A stretch of 64,000 bases of DNA from a candidate division WOR-3 bacterium (GTDB lineage Bacteria > Hydrothermota > Hydrothermia > LBFQ01 > DSFT01). A model generated the notes under the pieces. It was not told the DNA's origin. It worked only from the letters and a program-made list of their open reading frames with translations, and made no database searches. Numbering within the stretch: position 1 is the first letter of the stretch; each line of letters opens with the position of its first letter. The position numbers and the translations under genes are program-made. The stretch lies in NCBI GenBank assembly GCA_025060695.1, contig JANXBH010000005.1, positions 23,276 to 87,275 on the forward strand, in the 5' to 3' direction. Positions 58,809 through 64,000 of this stretch are shown here, piece after piece.

Positions 58809-59945
58809 TGCTCCATTACTATATTTTATAATATAAATTCCTGTCCCTAAACTATTTATATTTAATCTATTTGCTTTAGTTTGAAGTATTTTCCTTCCAG
58901 AAACTTCATAAACCTCTATAAATTCTTCCTTACTAAAGTATATAACTCCATCCTTTACCACATATCTCTCTTGAATAGATACAGGATTTCCAATTATTGC
59001 CTTAATATATCCACTTCCTACATCGTTATTATGATGGGTGTAGTAATAGGAGAAATTGTCAGATTCTCTTAAAACATATATTGCATTTGAACCTCCTGTA
59101 AATCCGCCAAGAGAAAATTTAAAATATTCTCCGTCATAGTCCACTCCGCCAAATCCTCCAAAATTCAACTTAAAGCTATCTATTTGGTTAAAATCGTTCT
59201 TATTGATTTTATATACCTTCACGCTGTCAAATTTCCAAACCCCTGCAAAAATATAGTTATTTCCAACTGCAAATTCGAAAACATTCTCAAGATTTCTTGT
59301 AGAGTCAATAATTGTAAAACTAATAGGTTCTATTTTGTATATAGTCGAGTTATTCTGGGGTTGCCAGTTTACATAAGTTCCAGCGGTCATTACATATACA
59401 AAATTATTATCGCATTTTATGGACTTTGCATTTGAACGAACCCTAATTCTTGTAGTATTATTATTACTTGGGTTAATTCTGTGAACAGAAGAAGTGTCGT
59501 CATAAGAATAATCACTATTTATACCTGTTGACGCTACAAATATATATCCAAAACAATATGCAATACCATCAGGTCTTTTAGATACAGTTATTGAATCCAC
59601 TATGTTGTAGTTTTGAATTATATAAACCTTATTATTGAAAGTATTACCGAAGTCTGTAAAATATAGTTTATTGTTAACTTTTACTATTTGCATAGGGTTC
59701 ATATGGCTTGGGAGAAGTAGTTCGTAAATGATATTATTATTTCTTATAAAAGCTATAGAACCATCTCCTGAAAATCCACCTGAATTTACCACTATGAACG
59801 TGTCATTGGAGATAATAAAGTGATTTGGGACAGGTCTTGTACCAGTGGTAAAACTATCTACTATCTGGTTTTGATATATTGCATATATTCTTTGTGTATT
59901 TTGACCTATTACATATGCACCATACGATATAATTAACCATGTCAT
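58788..59945 (-). CDS. beta-propeller-like protein (about 7 blade-like repeats) with T9SS-type C-terminal domain; third gene of the B12-riboswitch operon
   Basis: About 40-aa repeats (IYAIYQNQIVDSF.., NKVYIIQNYNIVDSI.., STIYKIEPISFTIIDS.., VKVYKINKNDFNQIDS..). C-terminus IEVYEVSGRKILQTKANRLNINSLGTGIYIIKY. SD AAGGAGGT lies 6 nt upstream of the ATG. Confidence 0.5.
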   Translation of the reverse strand: MTWLIISYGAYVIGQNTQRIYAIYQNQIVDSFTTGTRPVPNHFIISNDTFIVVNSGGFSGDGSIAFIRNNNIIYELLLPSHMNPMQIVKVNNKLYFTDFGNTFNNKVYIIQNYNIVDSITVSKRPDGIAYCFGYIFVASTGINSDYSYDDTSSVHRINPSNNNTTRIRVRSNAKSIKCDNNFVYVMTAGTYVNWQPQNNSTIYKIEPISFTIIDSTRNLENVFEFAVGNNYIFAGVWKFDSVKVYKINKNDFNQIDSFKLNFGGFGGVDYDGEYFKFSLGGFTGGSNAIYVLRESDNFSYYYTHHNNDVGSGYIKAIIGNPVSIQERYVVKDGVIYFSKEEFIEVYEVSGRKILQTKANRLNINSLGTGIYIIKYSNGALRVFAP

Positions 59946-61027
59946 CTTCTTACCTCCTTTTTAATAAGTTTATTTTGTCTTACTATAAAAACCCCCCTAT
60001 TTTTAAAATCCTTATAATTTCCATAAAATATCCTCTTGCCATCAATTGTAAATATTTCTACATTTTCATTTTCTACTATCTTCTCCTCTAATTTAACATT
60101 AAATACTTCAATACCATCAACACAGGTATTTTCATCACTTCTGATTGCTAATATTCTTACAGTGTCCGATACACCAAATGGACTTGAAATACTTCTTGAT
60201 TTTAGAGAGTCTATCTCACCAAGTGTATCTGGTCTTGTATTATAGTAGAATGCATTTATAAAGTTAAGTCTTCCATCGCCTCCATATATTCTTACAGGTT
60301 TATTTGAAACTATCTTAAAATCAATACCTTGCTTATTTATTATATTTAAACTTCTAAAAATTAAAACTCCATTTTCACCAATATTTAAGCAATTTCCGTC
60401 CACAAAACTAACCTTATGTTCCCAATTTATAGTATCTCCATTAGTCCCAACCGCATAGATAATACTTGGCATGATATAGTTGTAATTAGAAGTTTGACAA
60501 TTTAAGCAAGCTACCGCATCTAAATCATAGCCACTACATAAATTATGCTTGCACTTACTAATCCAATCCGCTATTATAATAAACCTTACGGTGTCATTAA
60601 ATAAAAATTTATCTCCCATCCATATATTAGGATCATTTACATTGGCTCCATAGTTTGTAGGTTTGATACCACTAAGACCTTTCCAATAGTAAATATTACT
60701 ATTTGATGTATCAAAAGAATACTGAAAGAACAACTTTCCATTCTTTGAATAATATAAAATTCCGGGTTCTGCAAAAACTTGAGTATCTGGGTTTGTAGAG
60801 TATATAAATACATTCTCAAAAGTCCTAATTTCACTTAAAGTAAATTTATTCTTAAATCCAAGCATAATGAAGCCAAATTTACCAAGAGAAAGAACATCAA
60901 GTGAAGGATTAGTTGGAGTTGCACTTGTAGGAGGATTATTATAGACTATATATGGATAATTATTTTGACCATACCACTGACCATCTCCATGTGAAAATAA
61001 ATATATAGTATCTATCCAAGCTACCAT
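59942..61027 (-). CDS. unknown Cys-rich protein with T9SS-CTD-like tail; second gene of the B12-riboswitch operon
   Basis: SD AAGGAGG lies 6 nt upstream of the ATG. Cys cluster CKHNLCSGYDLDAVACLNC. C-terminus VEIFTIDGKRIFYGNYKDFKNRGVFIV. No family recognised. Confidence 0.45.
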   Translation of the reverse strand: MVAWIDTIYLFSHGDGQWYGQNNYPYIVYNNPPTSATPTNPSLDVLSLGKFGFIMLGFKNKFTLSEIRTFENVFIYSTNPDTQVFAEPGILYYSKNGKLFFQYSFDTSNSNIYYWKGLSGIKPTNYGANVNDPNIWMGDKFLFNDTVRFIIIADWISKCKHNLCSGYDLDAVACLNCQTSNYNYIMPSIIYAVGTNGDTINWEHKVSFVDGNCLNIGENGVLIFRSLNIINKQGIDFKIVSNKPVRIYGGDGRLNFINAFYYNTRPDTLGEIDSLKSRSISSPFGVSDTVRILAIRSDENTCVDGIEVFNVKLEEKIVENENVEIFTIDGKRIFYGNYKDFKNRGVFIVRQNKLIKKEVRR

Positions 61028-62445
61028 CTTACGCCTCCTTTTATGTTAATAGAAAAACTCTCCATAGGATATCCAGCTATAAACTCATACGACTTATTTA
61101 AAAGGTTCTTAAAATATAGATAAACAAAAAAGCTTTTAAAATCGAAGAACTTATAGTAATCTATAATTAAAATTGGCTTTAGCTTTTCACTTGAAGGATA
61201 GTAATACCTTGGTCTTGTTGAATAAAACACGAAAGCAATTTCATCCCTTAGGAATTCAGAAAAGTTATAAATGACTTTTGCACTAAGATTTAACTTTGGT
61301 CTATAAGGTAATACTCTATTTTTTGAAAGCTTATTTTCAATGTAGGATGCGGAAATATTTAAAAATCTAAATTTTCCATTCAATTCAATACCATAAAGTA
61401 ATAAGTATTTTTCATTTTTAGCTATCCAATATTCGTTTTCAGGAAGCCAAAGTATAGGATTTTGAATGTATGTTATAAAAGTATTAATAAATAAATAACT
61501 AATTGATGCACTATAGAAGTTTTCAGGGTTTAGGAATTTATCTCCTTTTGCATAGTTTGAACTATAGTAAAGCTCGGAAAAGTTCGGAAGTCTTCTTTTT
61601 ATAGACAAGTCTAAAGTAAAACTCCATAAGTCAAAAGTTTTTGAAAAATTATAGTCATATCTAAAAATACCCTCATCATAAACTAAAGAAATATTAACAA
61701 GGTTTTTTATTGGCACTTTTAATATATGTCTTTGATGTATTTTTTTCATACTTACTACTATGCTCTCAAAATATTTTAGACTTAAGCTATAACTTTCATA
61801 TGGTTTTTCGTGGTTATATTGATAAAACTGATAAGAAAAGTAGAATTTTTTATGTGAAGATAGAAAGCCTCTTACTCTTTCAAAGTCATTTCCCTCATTT
61901 CCATACCCTCTAAGTGGCATACCAAACTTTGCACTATAAAATATTAATTTATAGTCTTTATAATTTACATACCCCCCAAGCTTGTCTTCAAAATTGTTTT
62001 TTCTAAAATACTCTCTATTGAAACTATCCCAATATTTAAAATTGTTCTCATTGTAAGTTCTTTCTATTCCAAAATTCCCATAATTTAGAAATATTGAACT
62101 TTTTCCATAAGAACCAAGAAGTACTCCTAATTCCCTAATCTTAGAAAATTCTAAGCTTATCCTATAGTCATTTAAAAAAACTTGTGAATTTGAAATAAGA
62201 TTTAAAGGTAATACATTAGTATAAAAGAAGCCCCAGATAGGACTATTTAATTTTATGTTTTCTAAATAAATTTCATTTTGCTTGTCTTCAAGTCCTCTAA
62301 TTGATACAACTATTCTATTTGAGAGCTCTCTAAATACTATATTTGAACGAACTCTATATACTTCTCTAAAATCTCCAAACTTATAAACACTATCAATTTT
62401 ATATAAATACCTAAAAGTATCTATCACTACGATAGTATCAAGCAT
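61021..62445 (-). CDS. TonB-dependent-receptor-like outer-membrane barrel (BtuB-like by context), unusually short and lacking a signal peptide
   Basis: N-terminus MLDTIVVID resembles the E. coli BtuB TonB box DTLVVTA. Plug-like RIVVSIRGLEDKQNEIYLENIKLNSP. C-terminus FKNLLNKSYEFIAGYPMESFSINIKGGVRW (aromatic terminus). Directly downstream of the cobalamin riboswitch. Confidence 0.7.
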   Translation of the reverse strand: MLDTIVVIDTFRYLYKIDSVYKFGDFREVYRVRSNIVFRELSNRIVVSIRGLEDKQNEIYLENIKLNSPIWGFFYTNVLPLNLISNSQVFLNDYRISLEFSKIRELGVLLGSYGKSSIFLNYGNFGIERTYNENNFKYWDSFNREYFRKNNFEDKLGGYVNYKDYKLIFYSAKFGMPLRGYGNEGNDFERVRGFLSSHKKFYFSYQFYQYNHEKPYESYSLSLKYFESIVVSMKKIHQRHILKVPIKNLVNISLVYDEGIFRYDYNFSKTFDLWSFTLDLSIKRRLPNFSELYYSSNYAKGDKFLNPENFYSASISYLFINTFITYIQNPILWLPENEYWIAKNEKYLLLYGIELNGKFRFLNISASYIENKLSKNRVLPYRPKLNLSAKVIYNFSEFLRDEIAFVFYSTRPRYYYPSSEKLKPILIIDYYKFFDFKSFFVYLYFKNLLNKSYEFIAGYPMESFSINIKGGVRW

Positions 62446-62460
62446 TATTCTAACTCCTCA

Positions 62461-62484
62461 CCTTCCTGAACCCTAGCAGGAAGG
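62461..62484 (-). promoter_or_regulatory. riboswitch expression-platform hairpin sequestering SD-proximal sequence
   Basis: The minus strand reads CCTTCCTG-CTAGGGTT-CAGGAAGG, a perfect 8-bp stem, immediately followed by TGAGGAG and then 8 nt to the ATG at 62445. Confidence 0.55.
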
Positions 62485-62491
62485 TTTTGAA

Positions 62492-62640
62492 AGCTCGTTA
62501 GCAGGTCTTCCGGCTTAGGGCAATTTTAGCCCTTGGCCTTCCCATCCTTTAAGGACAGTGGCTCTAAGGGCAAACTTACACCCATCACGGCTGCTAGGAC
62601 AGCGTGGGATTTTCACCCAACTTCCCTGTCGCTAACGAGC
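62492..62640 (-). promoter_or_regulatory. cobalamin (B12) riboswitch aptamer
   Basis: The minus strand reads GCTCGTTAGCGACAGGGAAGTTGGGTGAAAATCCCACGCTGTCCTAGCAGCCGTGA..GCCACTGTCC..GGATGGGAAGGC..AAGCCGGAAGACCTGCTAACGAGC. It has a 10-bp P1, the conserved GGGAA/GGTGAAAATCC core, GCCACTG and the B12 box. Confidence 0.9.
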
Positions 62641-62646
62641 AATAAA

Positions 62647-62652
62647 ATTTTA
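62647..62652 (-). promoter_or_regulatory. -10-like TAAAAT, 6 nt upstream of the first P1 nucleotide of the riboswitch
   Basis: TGCTTTAAAATTTTATT|GCTCGTTAGC. Confidence 0.45.
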
Positions 62653-62666
62653 AAGCATAAAAACTT

Positions 62667-62672
62667 TAAAAT
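62667..62672 (+). promoter_or_regulatory. -10-like TAAAAT, 7 nt upstream of the tig ATG
   Basis: AACTTTAAAATTTGAATTATG, with no SD. Confidence 0.45.
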
Positions 62673-62679
62673 TTGAATT

Positions 62680-63882
62680 ATGGCAGTAATACCTGATGAA
62701 AGAAAAGCCTTAAGGGAGCTAAAATTACAAATAGAAAAATTAAAAGTTTTAGAAGAGGAAGATAAGGTTGCATTAGAATTTCAAAAATTTGTAGAAATAC
62801 CCGGCTTTAGAAAAGGAAAAGTGCCTATATCTCTTATAAAACAAAAATATAAAGAAGATATTAAAAATGAAGCAATAAAGAGTGCTATAAGACAAAAAAT
62901 AGATGAACTAAGGAGTGAATACGAAATAGTATCAGATGTAGGAATAAAGGATATTCATGAAGCGGATAATTCTTATGAAGTTTTAATAGAATTTGAGGTT
63001 ATACCAAAAATTGAGCTACCAGACTTTACAAATATCCAAGTAGATAGAAAAATATATAAGGTTTCAGACTTGGATGTTGCTGAGTATATAGAAAATTTAA
63101 GGAAAAAATTTAGTGAAGAGGTAAAGGTAGAAGAAGATAGAGAAATACAAGATGATGATATTATTATTGCAAAGATGGAAGATTATGATAAAGATGGAAA
63201 TTTAGTATCAAGTGAGGATGTATATATTGAATATAAAAAAGATGAGATAGATGAAAGGTTATATAGGGCTTTGGCTAATAAAAAAGTAAACGATATAGCG
63301 GAAGTTAAGTTTGACGACGGTTCAAGGCAAGTTTTTAAAATTCAAGAAATAAAAGTAAGGAAATTGCCTGAACTAAATGATGAATTTGCACAGATAAATG
63401 GATATATGGACTTGGAAGAAATGAAGCAGAAAATTAGAGAAATGCTTGAAAAAGAAGCAAAGGTGAGAGGGGAATTTGAATATGAAACTCAGATAATTGA
63501 TAAGATATATGAAGCTTATCCATTTCAGCCACCAAGTAAGTTCGTAATAAATGCTTATGAGAATATTGTAAAAAATATGGAAGTTCCTAAGTTTAATAGA
63601 AAGGAGGAAGAAAAAGCATTTCAGGAGCAAGTTTTAAGTCTTGCATATAAATCAGTAATTAGAGAGCTTATTTTAAGGGAGGTAATTAAGCAGAAGTCAA
63701 TAGAAGTAAGTGATGAAGAAGTTATAGAATATTTAAAACAAAGAGGTGAGGAAAATCCAGAGGAATATATAAAAAGAAGTAAGCAAAGAGGTCAATATGA
63801 ATCAATTATAGAAAGTGTAAAAATGAAAAAGGCTTTTGACTATATTAAAAACCTTGTAAGAACTAAAGTTATAGTAGAATGA
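62680..63882 (+). CDS. tig: trigger factor
   Basis: IPGFRKGKVP ribosome-binding signature. About 400 aa with an acidic C-terminal arm domain. Confidence 0.88.
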   Translation: MAVIPDERKALRELKLQIEKLKVLEEEDKVALEFQKFVEIPGFRKGKVPISLIKQKYKEDIKNEAIKSAIRQKIDELRSEYEIVSDVGIKDIHEADNSYEVLIEFEVIPKIELPDFTNIQVDRKIYKVSDLDVAEYIENLRKKFSEEVKVEEDREIQDDDIIIAKMEDYDKDGNLVSSEDVYIEYKKDEIDERLYRALANKKVNDIAEVKFDDGSRQVFKIQEIKVRKLPELNDEFAQINGYMDLEEMKQKIREMLEKEAKVRGEFEYETQIIDKIYEAYPFQPPSKFVINAYENIVKNMEVPKFNRKEEEKAFQEQVLSLAYKSVIRELILREVIKQKSIEVSDEEVIEYLKQRGEENPEEYIKRSKQRGQYESIIESVKMKKAFDYIKNLVRTKVIVE

Positions 63883-64000
63883 TACTGATTTTTGCGTTTA
63901 ATTTAGATTCTTTAGTGAAATCTATTGAAAATGATGGTACTACAATAGCAATTATATTCTACGACCTTGAAAAGGACAGTTTGATATATGAATACAATTC
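63879..64000 (+). CDS. partial ORF (runs off window), possibly serine hydrolase / class-A beta-lactamase-like
   Basis: ATGA overlap with the tig stop. My translation MILIFAFNLDSLVKSIENDGTTIAIIFYDLEKDSLIYEYN resembles the N-terminal strand pattern of class A beta-lactamase-like proteins. Only 40 aa are visible. Confidence 0.25.
   Translation, partial: MILIFAFNLDSLVKSIENDGTTIAIIFYDLEKDSLIYEYN

Noticed and set aside
62455-62640. I first considered whether this G+C-rich structured island was an SRP RNA, 6S RNA or RNase P fragment.
   Set aside because: On the minus strand it matches the cobalamin riboswitch core (GGTGAAAATCC, GCCACTG, B12 box) and sits as a 5' leader of a TonB-dependent-like receptor. 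It has no SRP GGAA-tetraloop domain IV and no RNase P GGAAAGUCCGG motif.

Overview
AT-rich, very compact chromosome segment from a diderm bacterium. It uses the standard genetic code: TAA, TAG and TGA all terminate recognisable genes. The housekeeping core is the tRNA-Trp-rpmG-secE-nusG-rplK-rplA-rplJ-rplL-rpoB-rpoC block (5.3-16.6 kb), plus uppP, folC, dapA, pdxH, clpP, dnaN, def, yajC, serS, dnaB, a class A PBP, nuoA/nuoB, mnmG and tig. Between these sit secreted and outer-membrane proteins with T9SS-type C-terminal sorting domains (CTDs): an M6-like metalloprotease, an FG-GAP protein, a PorU-like C25 peptidase and two unknowns. This suggests an FCB-superphylum-like lineage, but I cannot name the organism. 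Main observations: (1) a clear cobalamin riboswitch (62492-62640, minus strand) drives a TonB-box barrel and two uncharacterised CTD proteins, one of them a beta-propeller, which is a candidate surface B12-capture module. (2) A conserved GCTTTAAAAT element lies 6-10 nt upstream of the start codon of operon-first genes that lack a Shine-Dalgarno (SD) sequence, implying leaderless mRNAs, whereas operon-internal genes carry strong SDs. (3) Two CCA-less tRNAs abut ORF start codons with 1-3 nt spacers. (4) An A9 homopolymer frameshift splits a UPF0104 membrane-protein gene. (5) An orphan nuoA-nuoB pair is translationally coupled to an unknown 549-aa Rossmann protein and to PBP1A. (6) Predicted CTD and outer-membrane proteins lack canonical signal peptides, while lipoproteins in the same window have them. 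I found no CRISPR array, transposase, integrase, rRNA or recognisable defence system. All family calls come from motif recognition by eye, not from database searches.
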